A stretch of DNA of 64,000 nt, taken from positions 11,492,184 through 11,556,183 of the forward strand of contig MU058844.1 of the NCBI GenBank assembly GCA_013265495.1, written 5' to 3'. Shown here in pieces: positions 39,104-50,453 of the stretch. Origin of the DNA: Vicugna vicugna (Eukaryota). The notes beneath the pieces are model-generated. The model saw nothing but the letters and a program-made list of their open reading frames with translations. It ran no database searches and was not told the DNA's origin. Positions within the stretch are counted from its first letter, which is position 1. Each line of letters opens with the position of its first letter. Both the position numbers and the translations under genes were made by a program.

Positions 39104-39472
39104 GTTGGTATCATTAAGTAAGTACTTTGGGGGTCTAATCTATGTTTTCTATAAATGTTTCTACTAGGAGAGAAACCTTTAAATTGGCCTACTGCAGGTT
39201 TTTCCCACACATCAAGATTGTAATAAAACCTGGACCCATACACATAGCTACATTGTCTGGAAAGTTGTTAATGTCCCAACAATTACTTCTAGGTTCTAGG
39301 CTACTGATGAGAGGGCAGTGGGTAGGGTGAAAAAGGAAGTCAAGGGATAAGCAAAATCCAGATTGAGCGAAGGATTGTTCTTTGATATTAGAACCTTATT
39401 CCTAAAAACAAAATGCAAAAGAGATGAGGGAGGTAGGTGATCACATTTACATTTTATAAAGATCAATCCTCT

Positions 39473-39690
39473 ATAGCAGTGTTACCTGATAGGAATAGAA
39501 ATATCAAGCAAGTCACAAATATGAGTGATATTTTAATTGTAAAATTTCCAGTATCCACATTAAAAAAGGAGAAAAGAATCAGGTGAATTAATTTTAATAC
39601 CATAGTTCATATAACCCAATATACTGAAAATATTTTCACTTTAATATGTAATCACCATAAAAATTGTTTACTCAGTTGTTCACCAACTTC
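39473..39690. mobile_element. hAT-Charlie MITE (MER3/MER33-like)
   Basis: ccacattaaaaaaggagaaaagaatcaggtgaattaattttaata...aacccaatata. Confidence 0.65.
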
Positions 39691-40279
39691 AGCTCTGCCA
39701 TACTATTCTAGAATATTCAAGCAAACTTAAAAAATTCCAGCAATAAAGAAAAGGTGTGTGTAAATATATATATATATTTACAGTTTCATGGAAACCAACT
39801 TGAGAACTTTCATTTCCCTCTAATAAGATTCTAGTTTAGGATGGGCTATGTTCAATTTCTATAGATACGTTTTCTTACTGATAAACTCCTGGGTAACTAA
39901 GAGATAATGAATACTTTATGTGGAGAAGAGACCCTCTAATGATTACTTATCCAGATCATTTCCACAGAACTAGAGAGGAACACTGCATTCAGCAATGCAA
40001 TATTTTACCTATTAGCTGGTGCTCGAGAAAAGTCAAAACACTACTGAGTCTCTTTAAACATCTTAACTGATCCAAGACATACAATTAGACATTTTAAGGT
40101 GACTTATTTCTTATAAAAATAATGTTTTTTAATGAAAGTCCAAAAGTCTGAAGTAAAGGTATTTGAATTTCTCCAAATGCAAACAAAATTCCCCGGTATT
40201 GTTGATTCTGTCAGTGTCTGAACATCCTGTAGCTACTATCCTGTGGACTTCTCACTGGTCACTCTTTAGTAGAGAACTC

Positions 40280-41000
40280 AGGTATCCATCAAAATAGGAA
40301 GCACAAATCCTATTGTATAAACTGAGTCCCCTCAGTTTGTGGCCTGAGTCTCAATCTCTTTAACCCTAAGAAAGTTGCCTGACACATCAGGTACACAATA
40401 AACACCTGTTGAGCAATAGTAATAGCTAACACTTATATGACACTGAAGGTGTGACAGACTCGTCTGAGTGCTTTCTGTATTTTAAAACATTCCATCTTAT
40501 GAGTAGATACTATAATTACCCTGTTTTACAGATCAGGAAACTGGATGAAAAGATATAATTTTATTAAGACTCCAATATTACCATGAACACATTTACAAAT
40601 TGAATCCTGAGAGACTTTGTTATACAACTGATGTTGTTAATTTATTGTAATGACAGTGTAAGTACAGCAGCTAACATTTATTCAGTTTCCTGAGTCCCAG
40701 GCATTGTTTTCAGGGCTTTCCAGATCTAAACTCAATACTCCCAAGAGCCCCTACGAAGTCGGTATCATGAATGTCCCCATGTGATAAATGAAGAAACGGA
40801 GTAAAAAGATGCATTCTTAAAAAACCAAAAATATTTAAATACTGTTGACCCTTGAACAACACAGAACCTGTAAGAAGTGGACATTATTATGCGCATCATT
40901 TTATAGGCGAGGAAACCAGACATAAAGAGCGTGAGTAAACTGGCCAAGGTCACGCAGAGAAGGAGGACGGTGTTAGGACTCACACTTAGGCAGCCTGGTG
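40280..41000. mobile_element. Cluster of MIR/L2 relics
   Basis: Several MIR cores (ctgttttacagatcaggaaactg; cattttataggcgaggaaaccagac...ggccaaggtcacgcag). Confidence 0.6.
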
Positions 41001-41802
41001 TTGAACATGTCAGAATTACATTAAAGTTTTGTATTCATTCAGCGTTTATCTGTGTAAGATGAATTGTGGCAATTTCCCGTATCTCCTAAACTGTGAATGA
41101 AGGAACAAATAAATGTATCAGTTTTAATCCATTATGAATGAGTGACCCATTTTTAACTAATACTTTTACTTTGCTCAACAACTGTTCTAATCAGAAAGTT
41201 TTCCTGTTTGTAGAATTAAAGCCCTACAGATACCACCCAAGTAAACATTCCAATTACTGGGCTAGAGACCAAGTTGCTTTGAAAATAATTCTAATTTTAA
41301 AGGGGGCTCCTTTTCCATTTATAATCTCTATGAAAAATAAACCTCCACCAAAAAAAAAAATTCTGTTTTAAAAGTGTCTTTAGCACTAAAAGATCAAAAA
41401 GAGAGTTAATGGAATAAAAACAAAGAAACATTTGATGAGTTGCTATAACTAAGTGAATATCAATATTTTATTTTATATTAATTCTTACAATAATTTTTAT
41501 TATTGTTAAAACAAGATGACTTTTTTATCATTTTGGTAGACTAGTCAGCTTTCTCTAAAAATATTCACTGAATAAATCATTTTCACTTTAAATCATATAC
41601 CTAGAGCCTTCAATTTATTTATCTGCTTAAAAGCTATGAGGTTTTTTTCTATGAGGAATGTAAAATAAAAATTCCCACACATCCCTATTCATGGCATATG
41701 AATAGTGTAAGCAGTATTATAAAGCTTGATACTTCTGGTGCATAATTATTCAACTTTCTCCATATGTAGACGCCACACCTTGTTGTCAATAAATAATTCC
41801 AC

Positions 41803-41808
41803 TTTAAT
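41803..41808 (-). terminator. Candidate distal NAV3 polyadenylation signal ATTAAA
   Basis: ATTAAA on the minus strand followed by ttatttattgacaacaaggtgtggcgt (CA cleavage candidates plus a GU-rich element). Confidence 0.5.
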
Positions 41809-41982
41809 GGCAAAGTAATAATTTAGACAGATACAGGGTGCACATCTGCAAAAAAATATATGCAAGCTGGTTTACAAGCTAGAGGAACAACCGACCAATA
41901 GAAAATACATCACCCAGTTAAGTCCATTGACACCAAGTACTTATCGCCGGGCTTTACAAAGACTACAAAACTTTCCAGATGA

Positions 41983-41988
41983 TTTATT
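41983..41988 (-). terminator. Candidate NAV3 polyadenylation signal AATAAA (proximal of two)
   Basis: AATAAA on the minus strand, with four TGTA (CFIm) motifs 20-65 nt upstream (42007-42053) and a GU/U-rich tract gttttgtagtctttgt downstream. Confidence 0.7.
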
Positions 41989-42437
41989 TCACTGTTTCTG
42001 TCTATTTACATGATATGTTACATCAAAAATGTACAAAATATAAAATGTATACAGACAAATGTTTCACAAACTAGTTTAAGTAGTAAACTAGGAGGACCTA
42101 CTGGGATGTATTGCAGGAACTTCTGTTTATGTTCATGTTTGGACTGTGGTTCTCAAAATGGCAGGGAGGGATTCGCAGTTTTCTTAGATCACGTATGATA
42201 CAAGGGCAACCAGTCACTCGTCCAGCTACGTTGTTCGATGTTTCACGACAGATTTGATCCATGTTTGAGGCTTCAAAGTCAGGGTGACGATTCTGTGTGC
42301 ATAAATTCAGTCCGGATTTCCCTTAGGGCAGTAGCACCGTGGACGACCTAGAGACCGAGCGACACTCTGACCACTGGCACGGGTGTCCTGTGCTGTTACT
42401 GTTCCACAGCAACGGACCCGCGGGTGGTCACAGAGAG

Positions 42438-42445
42438 TAGCACCA
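42438..42445 (-). promoter_or_regulatory. miR-29 family 8mer seed site (UGGUGCUA) in the NAV3 3' UTR
   Basis: + strand tagcacca equals miR-29 nt 1-8; NAV3 has been reported as a miR-29 target in human. Confidence 0.7.
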
Positions 42446-44256
42446 ATTACGCGCCCTGAAAGTAGCACATTTCCACACGCACAGGACAAGTCTACACCAT
42501 GGCCTAGCCCTTGGGTTGAGAGATTTAAAACCTGTCCTCTGTGTGTGGTGGTAACTTCTCCAGTCACTCCCATCGGTTTTCATGCACTCTCTTTAAAGCC
42601 TGCCACGACAGATGCACTTGTAGACATTTTTCACTTTTCCAAAAATGTACTGGCTTCATGGACAGTTTAGAAGCATGCTCACCCTAGCACTGATAGCTCC
42701 CGCATAGTCAGAACAACTGTAAATACAGGACAAACACACCAGATAATAACAGCGTTGAGGGTTGGCATTCTGTATTTGTTTGCAACGTACAGGGACCGAT
42801 CTCGGCAAGTGAAACACCTCTTAACACCAACGGGATAAAATACACTTTTTGTTGTTGTTGTTGTTGTATTTGTTTCGATTTGTGCAAGTTTTAAAAAAGA
42901 TTATTTACAATACCTACCCAGTAGACTGTGCAAATCTAACCTTCTTTTACAGTATCAACGCGCCTTCCTCCACAGTGACTTCACCGCTTCAGTGTTCTCG
43001 AGTGCTGAATTTCTCATGTAAAACAACAGCCATCAAAACAACATGCTCAAAACTCATCATAGTTAAGAAAAAAACCCAAAAAACCCAACAAAAAGAATAG
43101 GGGAGGAAAGCCAAACAGTTGTGCTCATGCTGTGCCAAATGCTTCCAGCTTTGCTGGATAAGAATGCAAAAATCTCCCACCTTCTGAAACTCTTTTACCT
43201 GGATCTGGATGGAATTTCGCCACAGGGCTTAGCTTTGAAGTGATGGTCAGAGAGGGTTTCTGGGTGACTTGACTATTTCGGAGGATGGGCAAAGCAATCT
43301 ATTCCCGAAGGAAAAAATACTCCTCTTTCTCCTATCCATTTCTTAAAAACAAACAAACAAACAAAAGAATTTGAGCGAGATTAGAGAGAGACAAGGCTAC
43401 TGTGTTAACTGGCGTTGCTGGGTTGGAAAGGAAAAGACCGTGGAAATCAGCAAGGGTTTAAGATTTAAACCAAGTGTTCAACTGTTGTAGAAATCTGTTT
43501 TAAGGCAGTGAGACAGCACCATAGGAAATGTTCCTTCTTGTCACTGAAAAGGCTCAAACAAACAAAGCCCTAAAAAAGCCTTTTGTCAGTGTTGACTAAT
43601 AATTGGTATAAAACTCTTTTTAAGGGAGTGGGCAGGTGGTTTAAAAAGACCACGGTGGTAAAAACAACCTTATAAAACCTGTGACTCAGACACTAAAAAG
43701 TTGCTGGAGCACATCCCGTGAACATGGCAGTTGAGAATTACATTGGCACTTATCCAGATTGCCACAGCAGTGTTTCCCTGGGGGTCACACCTTGCCTTTT
43801 GTGCTTCCGGAGGCCTGGCCTCTGCCTTGCGGAATGGGGGTGAGCACACAACACAAACACTACCGGAGCTCTGAGACCAGCACCGTGTGGCCCAAAGGAG
43901 GTTGGACGGATCAGAAGAATGGACCCTGCTTGGGGAGAACAGCCCCTCAGAGGAAACAAAAGGAAGGAACGAACAACAACGAAATAAAAAAGGTCTGCGT
44001 TGTAAACTTTCAAAGAGGAAAAACATAAAGTCCAGTTTGGCTATCCCGTGTGCAATCTATCAGGTGCCCTGTCCTGAGGGTCCTTTCCAGTTGAGTAATG
44101 GAGCCTTACATCACTCCACGGACAGAAAAATGTCTAGAAATAAAAGAAAGTTAAGCTTCCGTGTCCGTTTCGCATCTTGGCGGTTCAGACTTAGTTCTGC
44201 TGCCTCCTTGGAGACCATGACTCTGGGTCAGGGCCCTTGACAGGGTGCTTTCATAC

Positions 44257-44264
44257 TGGCAGTG
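44257..44264 (-). promoter_or_regulatory. miR-34/449 family 8mer seed site (CACUGCCA) in the NAV3 3' UTR
   Basis: + strand tggcagtg, ~80 nt after the stop codon. Confidence 0.55.
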
Positions 44265-44345
44265 GTTTTGTGAAAATACCTTCTTTTTTAAACTTTTTTT
44301 TTTTAAAGCATAGTCATTTCCCCCCCCCTTTTTTTTTTCCACCCT

Positions 44346-44465
44346 CTAGAGGGTAGATTCAAGAGAGGAATCCAAAACGTCTTCAGGGTGGCTGGCACTA
44401 TCACTGTCGCAGCTCTGTGTGCCCGAGTAATTGGCTGCTTCTTGGAGTTTCATTAGCATATTCAT
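44346..44465 (-). CDS. NAV3: NAV3 terminal coding exon (MNMLMKLQEAANYSGTQSCDSDSASHPEDVLDSSLESTL*); stop TAG at 44346-44348
   Basis: Polypyrimidine tract and acceptor ttcttcag|ATG; matches the recalled NAV3 C-terminus ...LDSSLESTL. Confidence 0.97.
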   Translation of the reverse strand: MNMLMKLQEAANYSGTQSCDSDSASHPEDVLDSSLESTL

Positions 44466-47400
44466 CTGAAGAAAGAAAAAGAGACATCGATGGAGGCGAT
44501 GAGGCATTGAGGAAGCCAGTTCCAGCAAACACACGGCCCTGAGCCACACTGAGGCACCGTCTCATCCCATCCAAGTGAAACAGGAAAACAATTTTCGATT
44601 TTTACGAGTTGCCCCTGGCTCCTACGCTATTTCTCCCAAACATGACTCTGACAGCAGAACCATAAGGACACAATAGGGCTGCTAGATACGTCTTTTATTT
44701 GAGGTTGTGAATGAATACGGCTCCAGCAGGGAGAGTGGAAAGGATACTGTATCACAGCTGGACATCTGGGCTCGAGGCTGGAGAATGTGCCAAGCTTTCC
44801 AGCTTTTTGGCTGCGACAGGCAGAAAGCCCTGAATGGCAAGTGAAAGTCGTGAATGTTCATCCCCACGCAGACGCACACCCGGGGCTCCCACACATGGTC
44901 CCTGGGGAGCAGGCGGGGAGAGGGTGGAAGGGAGCCAGCTGCTGCCCACAGCACACCATCTGCTGCTTAGGAGCTGACCTCCCAAGGAGGTGACGGAATG
45001 AAGCCGACCATGAGTGTCTGAAGGGGGATAGGGGAAGAATCACTGTCAAGTTTCTGCTGTTGTTGAATTTCTGGCTAAAATGTGATTGATACATCACTGA
45101 AAACAAAAACCACCTTCTGGAACGGTGGCGGCTGTTTCACATTTCCCAGTCTTATAGGACAAGGGTAATGTTTGTTCTAGCAAAAGGGATGGATGCGTGA
45201 AAGCACCTGGGGAGAAAGACAGCTAGCATTTCCATGTATGAGAAAACAAAAGGTGGCCACCTTGCTTGGATTTTGATAGATCTGCAGATTCACCCGTAGG
45301 GATGTCAAAAGAAAGATGGTCCGAAAAGCCCATTGTGGATAAATGGTTCGACAGTTTTAGCAAACACAGAAAAATTGGCACATGTCTTCGTGAGGGTATA
45401 GACTTGTTTTCTTATCAAAGGTTTCTAGAAATTGTAGTAATCTTTATACTGTTTAATGCATGCTGTCTATTTTTACAAAGTCATCAATGTTTTCTTCTTT
45501 TTCCCCCAAAGTAGAAATATAGGAAATCTGACTCAATAGAAAGGAGAACTCTAAAAGGGATTCTTTAGACATATGTTAGGTTTATATGCTTGTGTGCTCA
45601 GCATAATGTGTGCTCAAAAAATGTTTGTGAAATAAATGATAAACTGGTAATTACCAATTTCGGCACGGATGCCTTTCTGACAAAGAGGTTACAGTGACAG
45701 CATATTTTAAAGCCATTTTAATATTTTTCAGGACTATGTTTTTCAATACAATTTTTTAATCTGATTCCCTGAATTTATTAAATTAGCTACATAGAGATAT
45801 GAAATGAAAATTGTTGGTGAGAACTTCTTAAACCAGTGAGTCAAAAAGCCAAATGTCTCCATCAACATAGTGTTTTTCTCTCCCTCTCTCTTACACACAT
45901 ACACACTCATACCCCTACCTTCATGCACAATCACATTCCTGTCCACCTTTCTTTTGTCAATTCCTCCCTATTAGTAGCTAGGGGGACGCTTAGGCATCTG
46001 GGTGAACATAATTTGTAAAAGAGAACGATGTTTTGAGCGCCCTCCTGATTTACTAAAAGAAGAAATGGTTTCAAGGGTTATGATTCTATCTCAGTTACAA
46101 ATGTCTGAAATCACTCGAATCCTGACTGTTGTCAAAGTTTTATGGTATAACAGTAGTATTATTAAAGTCTTAATTCTTGAAAATAATATCACATAGTAAA
46201 TATATTCCATTAGAATAAGTTAAAAATCTCAGATTCATAATAAATATATACAAAGACCTTACTCTGCCTTCTCATAGGTTATTTGTATATTCAAGTCAGA
46301 GGAGATTCTCCAGTGCCTTTGTTAAAAAATGAATAAATAAATAAAAATAAATAAACCTAATTACCACCCCCCCTCCCCCGCAAAAAATGCCAGATATCAT
46401 AACCCCTTGCTCCTTAAGATGCTGAGGTGAGCAGCAGGTTAGGAATCAGGGATTTTTTTTTTTTTAACCCAATTCTCACTCAGAATGGGGAGATCCTGGA
46501 TCTCTTTTCCTTACTAGCAGACAAGAGCATTCAGAGCCGGGCAAAAGAGTGCTTAATGGGCGCAGCTGACTAGGACTGTGGGAACTGGGAACATTTAGGA
46601 CATCTCCTGAAGGTCCCATACTCTACAGAGTAACCCTGAAAGCAAACCTTATAAACACCTCACCTCATCAGCCATAGTATTAAAAACTGCAAAGGGAGAA
46701 CTGAAAATTACAAAAAATTCAGAGGAAATAACCCATATTTGTACTCTAAGGCTTATACTTATTCTATTCAATTTTAATCATCCTTTCAGGGATTATTTAC
46801 TACACGCTCACAGTTACGCTGAATTCAAGCCAATTCTACCGCCACTGTTGACTTCTGGCTATGCATGAGCTAAAGGGACAGATAGCTATTATAAAAATGT
46901 TAAGTCCAGGCCCATAAGGAGTTTATAGTCTAGATCCAATGTCCTAAATAAGAGCTCCCTGGACCCTAAGTAGGTCAATGTATATACTTTGGTGACTTTA
47001 TGGAACTCTTTGAGAAAGTATGCAAAACTTTCTGGGTGTGAGCATTTTGTTGGGAAAAAGGTCATGAAACTTTATCAGGTGGTTCACCTGGAACTCCCAA
47101 AATGTTAAGAATGATCAGCTGGAATGAGGCTGATGCACACATGTCAAGGTAGCCTGCAAAATACCCAGTCAGTTTATGTCCTCAGGTATGATCACAGGTA
47201 ACGATTTTCATCATCGCCTTTCTGTTCGTTTGTTTTTAGTAACACAATGACCTTCATTTCAACATGTCTTCTTTCTGCATTGGTTGTCCAATATTCTCTT
47301 TAGTCATGGAATGGTAAGCTAACAAAACATATTACAGTGGATACTGATCTATAGGAAGTCATCAATAAAAATTAAAAAATACATTTAAAAAGGTCATTTT

Positions 47401-48014
47401 ACTAAGAACTCCACGCACTTAATACTTCCAGAGTATTCATACTTTGGAGTTTTACTGACTTATATTAAGCCTCACAGGATTGCAAACTGAGAAAGGCAGG
47501 GGTAACACCCCTTTGATTTCCATGTCTGTTTCTTCTCTACTGTTGGCAACAGATTAATTCTAAATTTAGTCAGACTAGTTGATATATGTAAAATATTCTT
47601 TGGTTTTTCAAGTATACACTAGAATGTATTCTTTTGGGTCTTTTTTTTTTTCATTTTCAAACAAAATTCAGTTTTCTCTTACCTACCTTGTAAGTTGAGT
47701 CATGCAATGTTTAAAATTTATTTATTTGCATACACAATTTCCTGCCTAATAAAAGAAAAAACTATGGTTACAGAGCTCAGCCTGGTTTCAGTGTTTCTTG
47801 ATTATTTTTAAGCACCCAAATTTGGTTTTTCACTTTTAAGAATTTCACCCAATGAAGTAGGCCAAAGGTAAAAATGTTAAAAATGAGTACCAAAATCAGG
47901 ACAGTATCAAATATTACCAAGAATAACTTATGTCTTTGATGCAGATGACTAAATTCTAATGACCACACACTGTAGCTGAGATTATACAGAAAGAATCAAA
48001 CCTCAGCCTCTTAC

Positions 48015-48218
48015 CAAGGGATCCCCCTCTGTGTCTGTTTGTGGAATGTGCTTTGAGGTTGTAGCTTCCTTCGTGGATACGCAGCCCTCATACCCAACAT
48101 CTTCTGGTCGCAGCTGAAGTAACGCTGGGCCCTCCTGAGGCAAAGACACCGAGCTCCATGGGTATGTGTCAAGCACCCACTTTGAGGGATCCTCCCAGGG
48201 TGCACGTTTCCCATACAT
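48015..48218 (-). CDS. NAV3: NAV3 penultimate coding exon (MYGKRAPWEDPSKWVLDTYPW...TDTEGDPL), 204 bp, phase 0/0
   Basis: Acceptor ctttttag|ATG, donor TTG|gtaaga; ORF 48003..48218. Confidence 0.97.
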
Positions 48219-49199
48219 CTAAAAAGTGATCACACATTCAGGAAAGATGAAATGCACTTCTATTCAGTACAAAAGGTGACTGCTAACTGAGTGATTCCTC
48301 TGAGTCCCCATGGGACTTTCAGGGGAATGAGGTGTCCCTATACAATTTTCCAGATTTTGAACATCTATCTGTCTATATAGTTCACTTTAAACTTGAAGTC
48401 TAGACAAAATAAAGCTGAACACCTGGGCTCGATTGTCAGCATTCAGGGGAGAGCATGAAGGAGGTTTATTTTAAATATACATAGAAATGACTGCCCACAT
48501 TTATTTTTCGTTAGTAGTTTTACAAACTGAAAGAAAAAAAGTAAAAAAAGAAAAAGAAAGCTCAACATTGAGAAAGGAAAGTTCCAGTACTGGAGAACTG
48601 AAAAGAGCCACGCTAGACCCTAAACAGAGTTCTCTACGAAAGTGCACTTTGGAAAGATGATGAATAAAAGAGATTTCTATTCTCTGTCTAGGTCTTTCTA
48701 CTCAAGCTTTCCTTGGAAATAAGAATCCTTTCTCTGCTAACCATTTTCCTCAGATTAACTTCCTCTGATAATCTCAATGCTTCCTGTTGTAACTCTTTTT
48801 AGATGTTTACTTGTAAGGTCACTGGTAAAAGAAGGAAATCATGGGAAATGAAAGCTTTGTCAGAACTCAGATGGAGGGAGAAAGTCAGGAAGAAAAAGAT
48901 GATAAAGCCTCGGTAAGGTACTGGCAGTGGAGCAGAGGGCAGAAGATGAATCTGAGAGATGTTTAAGAATTTTTAAGCTGGACACAAAGCCAAAACCAAA
49001 CTGGAAAGGGCACACTGAGAAGACAGAGGTTAATGGGACTTTGTAAAAACATGTAAGACCACAGGGGCACAGAAAGAAAGTTAAAATTAAGAGAAAAGGG
49101 CCGCCACATGGGTACACTAGTTCTTTGATGGATTGTCCTATTCCACTGAGGGAAGTTCTGGGTACCAGGTGTATACTTGGTCCCAGATGGCACGGAACA

Positions 49200-50453
49200 C
49201 CACTGTGAGGTGTTCCATGTGGCTTGTTGTGGTTCAGAGCAAAATGGTAGACATTGAAGCCATAAAATCCAATGGACTGCCTTGGAATTGTCTTTTTTTC
49301 CAGGTTTTTCCTGGAGAAGCTGTATGAGGTTGTGGCAATCTTGCCTTAAAAAAAAGTTCAATTTCTGATACCTGTGCATTTCTTCAGGAGATGATGGTAG
49401 AGGCAGCAATCATTAGATTCTGTTTATAGTTCTCTTGTTTTGAAGCAGAAATTTTCTCAGTTAAAAACCTACATTATAGAGGATGTAAAACATAGCTTGC
49501 TATACAACATAAAATAATTAAAGGAAAGTATAACTCTTGGAAAACAAATGTTAGAAAAAGAATATGAAAGAATCAACTGATGCTAGCCTTTTGAAGAATC
49601 ACCAAGAATACCAAAATTGGAAGAGACCAATAAAAAGCTAAACAGGCTTAATTCCGTATTTCAGAGTAAAATAGATGTCATAGAAAAAGAACTGAAAGAA
49701 GAGAAATTTAAACATTCAGAATGACATGAGCTGATTGTTATTCCAAGAAAGACTGAATCATCAGAATAAAAATCAGAATCCACTGTATCACCAGTGTTTT
49801 GTCCAACGAGAACATCTGGCAAAGAGTATTCCCCATATGGTTCCCCACCAAAGCATCAGCCTTCATTTGAAAAGAGATTTTTCTATTCCTCTCAACTTGA
49901 ATCTTCATCTTTGCAACCATGGTTTGTTTTTCCACCTCATGCTCCAATTCACGGTTCTTTTTGCCAGTAGATCCAATGAAATGGTTCATGACATATGTGA
50001 TTCCTTTTCTTCCTGCTCCTCCAGAAGTCACATATGGACCATCTGAAGAATATCATCTGCCAATGGACTTCCAGTGCAGCAGATCCTTCCGTAACAATGA
50101 GAACTGTCTACTCACCAAAGGGTTTTCCATCATTTCTCCAAGCGCTAAGTCTCTCTCCACCACCCTGCCCCTGCTACCCACTCCCAGCCCCGACCATGCC
50201 CTACATCATGGTTGATTCAGTTTTCACACTACCTACTACTAAACATCCAGAACCACAGCAAAGAACTTGAAACATTTTTATCCTTCTTCAAAAAAATTTT
50301 TTTTGAAGTATATTTCAGTGGGATACAGGTATTACTTTAGTGATTATGCTTTTGCCTAAATGGAAGCTTTATAGAATTATAATTCTCAGCAAAGTGTTTT
50401 ATGAGTAATATTGATTTAAATATTGAAAAGCTCCTATACTTCAAAAAACAAAA
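49200..50453 (+). pseudogene. Processed pseudogene (retrocopy) of CTAGE5/MIA2 (cTAGE5 transcript), heavily decayed and internally deleted, antisense within a NAV3 intron
   Basis: Collinear intronless peptides match recalled cTAGE5: FLEKLYEVVAILP (~49306), NKKLNRLNSVFQSKIDVIEKELKEEKFKHSE* (~49630-49724), GKEYSPYGSP (~49818), FLPAPPEVTYGPSEEY, MRTVYSPKGFP and TTKHPEPQQRT* (stop 50268-50270). A cTAGE5-like 3' UTR and an A-rich remnant follow at ~50442-50453. Confidence 0.88.

Larger units (their letters stand above)
41780..44345 (-). other. NAV3: NAV3 3' UTR (distal end approximate)
   Basis: Follows the stop codon; no interspersed repeats recognised; U-rich on the mRNA strand; ends in a cluster of UGUA motifs and poly(A) hexamers. 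Confidence 0.8.

Noticed and set aside
49738..50031. 97-aa minus-strand ORF (and the 148-aa ORF at 48963-49409) as extra NAV3 exons
   Set aside because: They are antisense shadows of the cTAGE5 retrocopy, and the flanking NAV3 exons already join in frame (...REGLQ|MYGKR...).
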